This document shows positions 53,001-64,000 of a stretch of 64,000 nucleotides of DNA, one piece after another (the stretch's first letter is position 1; each line of letters begins with the position of its first letter). The translations under genes were made by a program, and so were the position numbers. This stretch comes from Raillietiella orientalis. Taxonomy: Eukaryota. The notes under the pieces are model-generated. The model saw nothing but the letters and a program-made list of their open reading frames with translations, ran no database searches and was not told the origin of the DNA. The stretch lies in NCBI GenBank assembly GCA_036172245.1, contig JAYWIR010000017.1, positions 3,534,001-3,598,000 on the forward strand, read 5' to 3'.

Positions 53001-54358
53001 AATCATTTTCCTCTTCGCCTCGGTCTTCATTAAGATTATTAAGATTATTCATTTGCTTTCCTTTATGACGGAAACTTCTGATTTGAGAACAAGTAATATT
53101 TATGTCCTTCTCTTTCCAATTGCATTGATTTACGAACCAAATATTCTAAGGCTTCAAAAAGTGAGGATTATTGCAAGGTTATGATCACACTTCTATTTAC
53201 TTGTGAATTAGAAGGTAATTCCCAGGTGCCATATCCTTTATCACCAACAGTGTGTTAAAATGAATATAATGGTACTGTCAGCAACACAAATTGCGTTCAT
53301 TAGGAATTAAAAATGGGATCTTTTTTAGTCTGGATAGTAAAAAGTTGTTAACTTCTCAATACTTGCTGGTTGTTTTCCGGCGTGCAATATTTTGGAAAGA
53401 CTAGAAACTGCGCTTTGGGTGAATTTTGATTACATTCTTTCTTTCAAGTCTATATGATCAGGCATGCAATTTCTCGGTTGGTTAGAATATTTTCCTGATT
53501 TTCATTTGTGTTTGAGCCGATCTCGAATCGTCAGTTAGCTCATATCACACTTAGAGAGATTTTTTAATTCTCTCGAGCATGCATTTTTATCTCTTATTCC
53601 TACTTTGTCTTATGGTGTTTCTTTTCTTCATTCTTTTGTAACCACATTAATCATTTAGATTGCCTAATTTGAAGAATTTTAATGTATCATTCTTTTTGCG
53701 ATATTTCTAGGCGGAATTTCATCAGCAAATAAATTCGTAATTCTCAATAAAATCGACATGACATTTCTTGAGGCACAGCAGTAAAATGGCTTGAAAATTC
53801 TGAAAATGCTCATGAATTGTCACGCAATTCATTATTATCATATTGAATGTCACTTCTTTTTAATATAATGGAAACGAGAAAATTTTAAACTCTCAAGAAT
53901 TATTACTCCTACAAATTTTATTTCAAATCAACAGATTCTGTGTATTATGGAGCATTTAAAGTCATCTATCAGCTTTTATCAGTAATTTTCAGCATTTTTT
54001 TTTTTAATATTTAGGTAAATTACTGGAAATACTTCAAAAATTTTTCAAGATTGTGTTCGTTTTAGGGTACCAATTCCAAATTTACTTAATGTGATCACAA
54101 CTTCAGAAAAAGTAATAATAACTTGATTATGGAAACAAAAATCATGAATTCTGGATCCTCGAACTGAAAGACATATTCATCTTGTCGAATATGTCACACG
54201 TTCTTGTCACAAGTGTTAGTGCTTGAAGTCTGTACTTAAATTATAACTTAAAATAGTTGATATATCACCTTTGTTGATATTGGCAGTCCGAGTGCTTCAA
54301 AAGAATTGAGTTCAAAAGAACGGAATTCCAAACTGAAAAATTAATCAGAAAAATAAGA

Positions 54359-57300
54359 ATGCCCTGGTTAAGGAATGTTTCCAAGTCAGCTCAGCATAAG
54401 TATAGAGGAAGACATCAGGTATGTAAGGAATCCAATGTTGGATATGTATTTATTTTTGCATAGCCAGCAGAAAGAGCTAACTTGGTCATCTAGAGAAAAA
54501 AAAGGATTACAAAGGAAGAGCAAGGTATGAAGTTTTTCGTACAAAGTTTTTGCATTCGCTAACTCTAGGGAACATAGCAAAAATCGGTCAATATTGCAAG
54601 TCTAAAAAAGAAAGTCCTGAACAGGAATCCTGAGAGATTTCATTTTCACATTATTGATTCGAAAACGAAGGTATTAAGATAAAGATTTGCATCCATATAA
54701 AATTGAACTTGAGTCTTTAATACCTTGCTACTTGGTATTTTTACCCGATATGATATTTGAACTTGGGTTTTTATTAAGCTCCTCAACATAATGGTATCCC
54801 CACTCTTCTCAAAAGTGTCCACAAATAATGAATCCCCATCTTTTTGTCAAATTGTATTTTTAACCGAAGTGAACGGTATGTGTTAAACTGATTGTATTTA
54901 ACTGAGGATTAACGTTGCGGCGATTTTCAGAAAGAATTTGCGCAATGCTAGCAAGTGAATTACTTGTATCTGTATATGTGGCTATAAAAATTGTTACAAC
55001 TGGTCTTTAATTAACAACTTGGAGAAAAGATTTTGCCTTTGCTGTGTTCCAATTTTTAGTACATGTGAAAAGTTCATTGGTGTTGTACACTATTAATTGT
55101 TATAACAAACAATTCTGCAATAAACAGAGACATTTACAAATCACAACAAAACAAGATAAATGCTTCTTAATTATTTATCTTTTTAAATCTCTGTTCTGCT
55201 TGTTAATCAGTAATACAGTGATAACACGAGAATGAAAATATATTTTCTATGCTTTAAATTTGTTTCAACAGAATGATTGAATCTAACAAAATAAATGGAA
55301 ACAGATGAGGAAATCTGAATGATGGAATGAAAACGTTTGCTCAACTCATTTTCATGCACGTTATGTTTTTAGATTATTTGCAGTACATGGGTTTCATGTC
55401 TTTCATTATGTAATTTTTGTGTAGCTGAAGCATGCAGTTGTAATGTAGTCATATTTTTTCAACAAACTCTTGGATTATTTGAACAACTGCATGTTAAATC
55501 ATTGATTAAAAAAGATTCAAAGGTAGTTTTCAAACTGAGTCTGTCAAAATGTATATGTGAGTAAGGAAATGTTCCATCTGTTAGTACTAATTGCATATTT
55601 GACATAAATACCTCACATGGAATTGTTTCCAAGACACACACTTCCAGAGCATTCTGGAATCTACATAGCAGGAATACTGGCAATCATAAGTGCCACTTTT
55701 GAACTTCCAACTTCTTATGTCTACAAACATCATGCAGCAGCATTTGAAAAATAGGCCTTTGGATGATCTTAGTTGCTCTTTTCAGAGCCTTTTGAAATTG
55801 CAACACTGTTGTGGTATTCTATTCAGTGTGTTGAAACTGGTATGTTCAAAGAAAGCAATAGGTTTGAGGACAAATTGCAACTTTAGCATGCTACTATTTG
55901 CTTGAAGTTCAATTATGTGGATGGTCATCAGATTTTCATCCTTTGATTCTCTAAAGTGTTTGATTCTGCAGCATGGATTTATTTACAAGAAAACAGGTGT
56001 GTGATTATGAGGATGAGAAAGCAGTAAGAGTGGATTAGATGGAAAGGTCGAGAATAAGGAAATCAAATGGAATGGAGCAGTTTAATAGAAGTGTTTCATT
56101 GCAAAACGAAGCTATGCCTTATTTGTAAAAATGCTGAATATTTAAGTGTAGTAGAGTATTCTTATTATTTATTACTAATTAATGATATTTAGGTAAACAT
56201 TTGATGATTGAGCTTAATAAGTAGCATTAATCTAAGTCTGGCTTTGTTTTGCCAGCAGACATCTCTATTGGCAAAAGGACTTGTTAACATTGTTTTCAAG
56301 ACTTAACCATGCATGTTTTATCCCATGTAGTAACAGTAAAATTACTCATTTTTCAAACAGCTCGTTTTTATGTATTTTCACTAGGAAAAGTTTGATCCCC
56401 AGTTATATAAATAATTATTGAGATTTATTTCTGTAGTACCATAGCTTTAGGCAGCATTCAGTAACAAAGTGTCCTTGTTACCCTCAGGCTCAGCCTGAAT
56501 GTTCAGATTTTAAAACAGTTTCGGAACTGTCTTCCCCATCAGATTTGGAATCTCAATGTAATCTCGATCATTCCTCGTGCTTTTAAGGAATGTATTTATT
56601 CTCTTGTGTGACCTTCAAAACTTTGTGATGCTTTGGATTGCTCATTTGTCAGACTGCTGTGCCTTTTCTATTTTTGCAGCAATTTCTTCTTTACATTTGA
56701 ATATCTGACACTGGGCTTCATTGGATTGAATGTAGATTTATCCTCCTGTTATCTGAGTACTTTCATTGATGAATATACATATACAGGTGCATCGTTAATG
56801 CAGCACTTCGTTAATTCTGGACTGCTGCATGCAATGACGAAGTTTGATATTAAGTCTCAATTTTCATTCAAAGCTGCGATTTGTCTTCATAGCATCTGCT
56901 TTTCATCCATGGAACTTGTGTTGAACATGTGTGTTTTACATAAAGATGACTTTTGTCATTGGATCAGTTGAATCAAATTGTCTTTCATTGTTTACTACTG
57001 AGCACATTTGTATTTTCGCGTTTTTCTTTGCCCATCTGTTTTTATTTTAATTTTTCACAGTATGGCCCATTTATTTATCACTACATGGACTATCAGATCT
57101 TAGGTTTTATTTCCAGAGTTATTTTTTATTTTCTTTTATTTACAGATTTTTAGTTGGCAAGCTGTGAAACAGATTATTTCATGATTTTGTGATTTACTCC
57201 GGGGGTGTGGTTTTTTCTCATACCAGTTTGTTTGTTGTTCTTACAAAATTCTAGCCTCCATTTTTCTGTTCTGCCTGTTTATTTGTTTCCCAGGAAAAAT

Positions 57301-58090
57301 GAAACTTTTGGTTCTCCACTTCATAAATTTGTTAGCAAGGTCTGCATTTCCATTTGAAGCATAGATTGTGAAACAAACTTAACACTAGGAATTAGTGGTT
57401 TGGAACTATAAATCTTTTGCTCCTATAATTTCATTTTTGTGTTGGTCATTATATCAGTTTTACATTTTTAGGATGGGTTGCATTATGAACTCAATAAAAA
57501 AGAACACCCAGCAGAGCAGTTGAAATTGCTTCATGGACAACTTAGGTCATGTTGGAATGAAGCACACAATGGAGATTAAGTTGGAAAAACTGAAAGCGGA
57601 ATTGCAATTATTTGGTGCTGGAGGCATAAAAAATGGGCACATTTTTTATGTGGATACTCTGAGAGAAGGTCACTGAATCCCAGAAGACCCAATGACGTGA
57701 TTGCAGCTGAGCATTTTGATGTTGCTTCTCATTTGGGTACACATCCATCTCTACTACATAGGGCTTTCAATCAATCACATTTGTCTTTCTTATACTCCGT
57801 GGACATCAAAGGATTTCAGTATGAATTGTTTAGCATTTGTATATGACATCTTTATTCCAGAAAATTGATTAATTGAGCAAATCAGCATGCAGCACAATGG
57901 ATACGTGACTGGAACCAAAGAAGCAACTTTTCCATAATGCAGAGAAAATTAGAAATAATAAAATATTTACAGGTACTGAACTTGAAGAAAATCACTTGCT
58001 TACTTGTACATATTCCTAGAACAAAAAGGAGCCAATGGCTAAGAGAATGAGAAGAGAGAATAAACTGTTGTTATTGTTGAGGTGTTGATT
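54359..58090 (+). pseudogene. UTP11: U3 snoRNA-associated protein 11 (Utp11), intron-containing and frameshifted
   Basis: GT-AG-bounded exons: 54359-54418 MPWLRNVSKSAQHKYRGRHQ; 54464-54524 PAERA/LGHLEKKKDYKGRA; 54569-54670 SLKKKVLNRNPERFHFHII; 57472-57668 DGLH…EQLKLLHGQ/LGHVGMK…NGHIFYVD; 57707-~57818 FDVASHLGTHPSLLHRAFN; probable exons 57861-57972 and 58020-~58090. Frameshifts in exons 2, 3 and 4. Confidence 0.88.
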
Positions 58091-60379
58091 TGAACTTCCA
58101 GAAAGCATGTTGATGCCTCTTTCATGGAAAAATTTAATGGTTTCTTTGAGAACTTGACTAAGTGAGGGTTCGATGTTCAAGGCTTTTCATTTTCAGACTT
58201 TCTGAAAATGCATTTTTCAAATGTTTTCTTTGTATTGATGTTTTGTGTTTCAAATCCAGAATAAACTTCTAGATTAGTTGTAGAGGTAATGAATGCGTAT
58301 TTTGATTTGCTCATGGACATGAAATTCGTTTAATTATAATGATTGATAAAAAATCTTTCACCAAACACAGTTGTAATGCCAGAAATTATCATCAAAAATT
58401 TGGAAGACACCTAAGGAAATACTGGAATGCTGATCTAGTTAGCATAGGAATCTTAATTCGCTTTCATGTTTATCTAAATGCACTAAGCATCATTGAAGAT
58501 ACCTAAGCAGATGTGTAACCAAAGCTGTTTGTGGTTAATAATAGAAACTTATGTTTTTCATATCCCGGCTCTCACAATTTTGTCTCATGTTCAATCGTTA
58601 AAAGGCCTTTCATGGTTTAGTTCTATCTAAAGAAGTATTTCACAGGATGCTGGTGAAAGTACTTAAAAATCCACCAAAACTTTTCGTTGAAAAAGCTCTG
58701 TTATGTATTCAAGGGTTAAAATTGTTGGTATGTTTGTAAGATGTTGTTCTAGACAAGTATATGATTGTAAGTATATAAGTATAGTAAATTTATTGTGATT
58801 GTGCTCGCATTTCGTTGTGTCGGATAAAAAGTGATTATTTTCTTCTCATTGATGCAGCATTTTTTTGTTGCACAGAAATATGAAGAATCCAATGAGTAAC
58901 AAAAGTATTATTTCTGTGTTAACGCTTTTGAAGAACATTTGCTAAGTAAAATTAGAAGTTGATGGAATGTTTTTTTGTTAGTTTTCTACTATCCCATTTG
59001 CTAAGCCAAAGTTCAGGTTTTGGCTATTGTCATGTGACGTTGAAGTCGCTAGGAAGCAATGACCTCAAGAATTTGTGTAAGCTATAAGATGTAAGTATAT
59101 CATGAACGTTTGCTAAAATTGAACTTGGGAACATTATAATTAAATTAAATGCACCTTTTCAACTCGGTAGCCGCAAAGCACTTTTAGCCGCACTTTTCTC
59201 ATTGCACTTTCCAACTTCAACTTGCTCCATAGTAGATGCAACCCACAGCCGAAATCCTATCACAATGTGCACATGAAGACAAATATCCAGGGTTTTTTGA
59301 TATCTGTGGTAATTATCAATCGCTCTACCTACAATTAGATAAGAAATGGGATAAACGAAAACTAAATCTACGTTAAATTTTATCCCGTGTCCTGTCGAAT
59401 AAATATGAGTGCTTCGAGTCCGTGCATTACAAATTATTAAACTTTATTCGAGTCTCCAAAATACACAATTTGCTGGTGCTTTTAACTGAGTTATGAAACT
59501 GTTGTTCTTGAGAGGCTTTTTCATCCTTCTTAATGGGTTTACCGAAGATCACTCTCCGTGCAACTAATCAACCCCGTTTGCAAACTAAAAATCTTCCGAC
59601 CCGACTCGTCCTCGTGGTGCCCATCGGCCAGCTCCGACCTCCAGACGGGGGTCGCTTAGTTACCTTTTTTATATGAGATGGTTCAGGTCCGTTAGAGGCA
59701 CTCTTCAGAAACGTTGCACAAAATACCCGTGTGAATCTGTTACTTTTTTCTTTGCCGTTTACTCGGAATGCGTGATATCATTTCTTTCAACACTGCAAAT
59801 GTTAAATTGCTTGCCCGGTTTTTTAAGTACCTTCTCCAAGTTTTGGAGCATTCTTTTCTTTTTTTGTCAAGCTGGATGCCCAATTCATCGTTTCCAACGA
59901 GACCAAGTGAATTGAGTGACGAGCAACCAGCTGTGTAGAGGATTCGGTACTTCGGTCTCCACCAGTTAGGTTTTTCAACCTTTTGTGCCTTGTGGTAAAA
60001 AATGCCCGTTCACGTTGCAACCTTTCTTGGCTGCAGGTTCGGAAGGAATCAAAAGGACAGCTTTTTTCACATACTTCTGTGGAGATGATCTGTCGAGTCT
60101 AAACAACCTTCAGTGCAATTTTCTTCTTGTTACTGGTATTTCAAACTGTACAGAGGATCATGCATGCATATCTGCGACATAATGCAGAAATCCCTGAAAA
60201 CAAATGAAAGGAGCACCAAATGAAAATAAACGATCGCTGATTAATTCCAGTTTGAAGAAAGTCTTGCAGGCTGGACGCAAAGACTGCGGATTACATGTGG
60301 TCCGCGGACTGCAGGTTGCTCTTCCCTGTATTGGGACTTTGTCCACTTACTATTGCACCCACAATGGCATCACTGGGAG

Positions 60380-61345
60380 TTTATCACCCGGTCACGCCGG
60401 GGTGTTTATTGATAAACCAGTCGCGGGCAAAGTCCCCAACCAACACAACAACAGAAGAAAAAGAGAGGACACCGTCACGCAGACTGGGAAAAAGGACAGT
60501 TCCAAACGGGGGGTGGGGCAAAGGGACAACAGCAAAAAGCAAAAACAAAACGGGAGGGAAGGTGTGAGGGTCTTTGATGAAGCTCCGTTTTAACCGGGGT
60601 AAAAAACAAAAAGCACCGGGAAAGTTACGGGGCCTAAGGGAACGAGAGTTCAGAATAAAATTAAATAAATATAGGGAAGGAGGAGGCAAGGATTACCGGG
60701 TTCGCCGTTGCAAAGCGTTTGTAAACCGGCGGTGGATGTCGGTGATCTCCTCTTTGGCTTCTTTTGTCAGATGAGGCCATATGAGGCCTCTCCGATATAG
60801 GTGGCTGCCTTCCTGATGACCTTCTTCCGCTGCCCGTTGATCACCAGCACCTGCCAGGCTGATACGATGGCTCAAATGCAACCCGTGGTTGCAATCACTG
60901 CACTTCTCGATACCCCACTCGGCGCGAAGAACCGTCGCAGCAATTCTCTTTGGGTATCCTCCTGATGCGAAAGTGCTGTTGCCAGCCTCCACCAGAGTCT
61001 CCGGAGGATACCGCAGTCCAAAAGTAGGTGCGGGATCTACTCCGTCGCCCCGCACCTTGCACAGTTGGCGGACGCAACCCCTCCGGAAACACGATGCCAT
61101 CGCTCGTTACACTGGAATCCCCAGTGAAGAAAGAGCAGTACGGCTTGCAAGCAAAGAGAACAGCGAACCGTCCACACAATAGGGAGGGACCACTAGTTCC
61201 TCGGGGGTAACACTAAGATCTTCTCCCCACCGAAGGAGTCCCTTCGCCATAGCACGAGGAGCGGCAGCATCCGCCAACTCGCTCGTCTTCCAGTCGTCGA
61301 GGAGTTTTCTTCTTCCTTCTATGGTGCACGAAACTTCGCTGGAAG
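60380..61345 (-). mobile_element. 5'-truncated L1/Tx1-like LINE (subfamily B)
   Basis: EVSCTIEGRRKLLDDW…LADAAAP aligns with EVSCEISQKTKSLGAW…LTDAATP (41030); finger NCARCGATE*IPHLLLDC; WPHLTKEAKEEI; terminal aataaacaccccggcgtgaccgggtgataaa. Confidence 0.85.
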
Positions 61346-62109
61346 CTGCAAGTGTTAATGTGTTCCCCATACCTATTCGTTCCGATATAATTTTTACTTC
61401 TTCCTCTTCGCTGCTCTTCAAACTCTGGTTCTTCAGCTTCAGTTCCAGGATGCGCGGAATACTCGGTAGAATGAAATGAACAGAAATGACCGCGAGACGC
61501 CGAATGGCTTTCAATGCTGTGCTTTATTCTGGGCAAATCTCGAGTTCAAGTCCATGATCATCCCTTTAAAATAGAGATTTGACCTTTCTTCTTTTTTTTT
61601 TTTTTCTTGGCAAATTGTTGCTTCTCACACTTGCGAGCTGTACGATGCCTTACGACGAGATTCTCTTTTTTCTGTTGAAATGGATCACCGGTGCATGCAA
61701 AAGGTCCACAAGAATTCCATCTCTGAAATCACATTCGATTATTTTCTTCGAGTAGGTATAAAGTTTGAATCTTTAAAAGCAGCTCCATCTTTCATGAGGG
61801 CATCTGCAAGACTGAAATGTTGTTTCATGAAATGTGCAATGTTTTTAAGTCGTATATGACATCTTTAGTTGGGTTTGTGACTCCCTGAGTAGCGAATTAT
61901 CTTTGCTTGGCTGACACGCATACGAAGAATAAGCAACTTCGAAAGGTATTGGCTTTTTATTCTTACTGAGGTCAGTTTCTAAGACCAATTTCAAATCACA
62001 TGAGCGTATCGTTTCATTATGGTGACTCCAATGTTTTATAAGTAAAATACAAAAAAGGTGTCTTACATCATCTAATCACGATGACAGGGAATCACGTCAG
62101 GGAATTTTT

Positions 62110-62780
62110 GAACAGCTTGTAGCCCTGACCGTCTGCTCAGCTTCCTCGTTGAAGAGGGTGTCGTGGATCAGGTCGCCGGGGTCGATCCCATCAGGAGGCC
62201 CCTCACTTCATGGTCGCCTGCGGCGCACTCCTCGTCGTCACGGTCCTGAGGAACACTGTGCCCTCCTATGTGCTCGTCGGCTGACGACAGGCTGACTCTC
62301 GACAGAGGAATGCCGTTGACGGTCACATCCTGAGACACCAAATCTGGGCATCGGAATCCGAACAGGAACACGCTTGTCCCTTGGACTGCTTGGTCGCCAT
62401 CCAGGGTCAGGATGCTTTGGCCGAAGTCTTGCAAGCGGATGCCGTCGATGCCTCGCCGCACGTCGAGACCTCGGGCGAAATGCAGCGGGCTAACGAACGT
62501 CTTCATCTCGTAGATCTTACTGTCCTCCGTCCGCTGGTCGTTGACCCACTCTGCTTCCAGGTCGAGCACCTGCACGTGGTTCCGAGGCGCGACCCGAGCA
62601 TAGGCGAGCTTAGTCGGAGAGTCTGGGGCAGCATCTCTTCCAGTTTCAGACTGTTGAGCGGTCCCAGGACGGAGACAGGAAGGAGAAAGGGAGCATCGCC
62701 CTGCGTGATGCCTGCGAACCTTCCGCGCTCAGGTCGACTTCCTGCCTCGAGGAAACGCGGCCGAACTGCTTTCTGTCCAT
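62110..62780 (-). pseudogene. Fragment with Closca/Nasrat/Polehole-type 'NGxxL…DQxIxG…F' repeats, frameshifted
   Basis: GPLNSLKLEEML…; IDGIRLQDFGQSILTLDGDQAVQGTSVF; VTVNGIPLSRVSLSSADEHIGG. Frame break near 62575. Confidence 0.5.
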
Positions 62781-62959
62781 GTGATCTAAGTTTTTAAACA
62801 ACATTTGCAATAAAATTAATGATATTGAAAAAAAATCAGTGTACTCGGAGCAAGTGGATGTTTGTTTTCTTTTCTATGTTGAATAATTCGAGCATGACGT
62901 CATTGGAACCGATCTATCCCATCATCGTTACATTGGAATCTCAAGCAAAGAGTTGTAAA

Positions 62960-63490
62960 CTCGTAATAATTGTAATCCTCATACATTGCTATATGATGAG
63001 CCACATTCCAAATAAATTAAAATAAATAAACTTTCATTACTACATAAAAATAACTAATTAATCCAAACACTTTAAAATTTAAAATCTTCACCTCATTCTA
63101 ATTACCACTACTTCAAATGAAACCATTACTATAAGCCGCTCGTAATCCTTAAGAAACCAACATTAACTTGAAATAAATCTTATAATACCCCCAAACCACG
63201 CAACCCAATAATCTGTCGCTAAACATACTATCATAGCCAAATTCAACTACATTTCCTCAGACATAGCAATCATTTTATTTAACCCATCAACATCCAGTAT
63301 AAATATCAATTTCACTCTAATAAAACAAGACACGCATCATTAGTACTTCTAAAATATTCACTTAAATACACAAATATTTTTTAGAACTTTTAAATATCTG
63401 ATAACCCTGTTAATGACCATTGGCTAGGTAAGTACAAGATAGTGGCTCAATAAATTCTAGCTCTATACTATATCCATCCACAGCTTTATT
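62960..63490 (-). other. Decayed NUMT: mitochondrial ND5 5' part plus a tRNA-Leu(TAG)-like arm
   Basis: Abrupt G-poor, A/C-rich + strand. Minus strand in the invertebrate mitochondrial code gives VLLEW, DYWVAWFGGIMSFISS, RLMVMVSF…ISM, FGLISYF in ND5 order. atagagctagaatttat is an anticodon-arm-like stem-loop (~63451-63467). Confidence 0.55.
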
Positions 63491-64000
63491 AGCGATTTAT
63501 CCTTCAGTTGTAAAATACAGTCTGCTTTTTCTGGTAGTAAATGATTATTTGCTAGAATAAAGTATCCTCACTTAATCCTTCATCTTACTCCAAAAGGAAC
63601 TTTGGTGTGCGAGCGGATCGGTCCTCCACCCACCGTTCGTCCATCTCCTCTTCGACCCATCTCCGCCGGAAGGATGCACGAGGGAAGGATGAACAGTAAG
63701 AATACGCGCGCTTTCTCAGAACCTCCACGTGTCTCTTCATCCTCACTGTCTTCCCTCTCCTCACTGGACTCGTCGCTGCTCGAAGACGACCGAGGCGATC
63801 TCTAAGGTCTCGTGTGAAGCGAAAAAGAGTCGAGACGTTGCAGTGGACGTTGAAGTCGCGGCAGTGTCGCGTGCGCTATCTCTGACCGTTCGGTGCTTCG
63901 CACGCGGGAGCACGAGCACAACCGTCGAGAGATCGGTTTGCAGCTTCGGAGCATCTGTACAGAGGTACAGGGAAAGATGGGGCCCAGAAGACGAAAGAGT

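Noticed and set aside
55450..57000. Nested antisense gene in the long UTP11 intron
   Set aside because: Some exon-like minus-strand stretches exist, but all are stop-ridden and unrecognisable.
59590..59630. U3 snoRNA-like motif (minus strand accacgaggacgag) near UTP11
   Set aside because: Only a short match; other U3 boxes were not found.
6683..60379. Sequence-specific targeting by the Tx1-like LINE (snRNA, tRNA or microsatellite target)
   Set aside because: The 3' flanks and TSDs (tcggagaagaaacga, cagcgacgacaag, ctttgcacccatgaa, ctcccagtgatgcc, tccttggaacagg) share no consensus.
61600..61950. SF1/Schlafen-like helicase remnant (IIRYSGSHK, CTGDPFQ)
   Set aside because: Motifs are too degenerate and separated by stops to support a call without a search.

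Overview
Eukaryotic nuclear DNA, probably from an arthropod or other invertebrate, with no intact long gene; most ORFs in the supplied track are chance reading frames of GC-rich repeats. The first ~50 kb is dominated by decayed transposons. It holds one near-full-length, decayed L1/Tx1-like non-LTR retrotransposon (~10.4-16.4 kb, minus) and at least six 5'-truncated relatives, with a seventh at 60-61 kb. Most copies end in a conserved CCGGNGYGACCGGGTG hairpin rather than a poly(A) tail. There are also seven copies of a long (~0.55-0.7 kb) tRNA-like SINE with a doubled B-box head and an internal array of C(TTCG)G hairpins, an internally deleted piggyBac, and a ~99% identical 659-bp inverted duplication. 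A ~93-bp fragment resembles the N-terminus of an endosymbiont-type IS630 transposase. The AT-rich, CpG-poor right part contains a 7-exon, frameshifted UTP11 copy with very short introns, a Closca/Nasrat/Polehole-like repeat fragment and a decayed mitochondrial insertion (ND5-like). All assignments come from by-eye alignment and recalled family motifs; no searches were run, and boundaries without TSDs are approximate.
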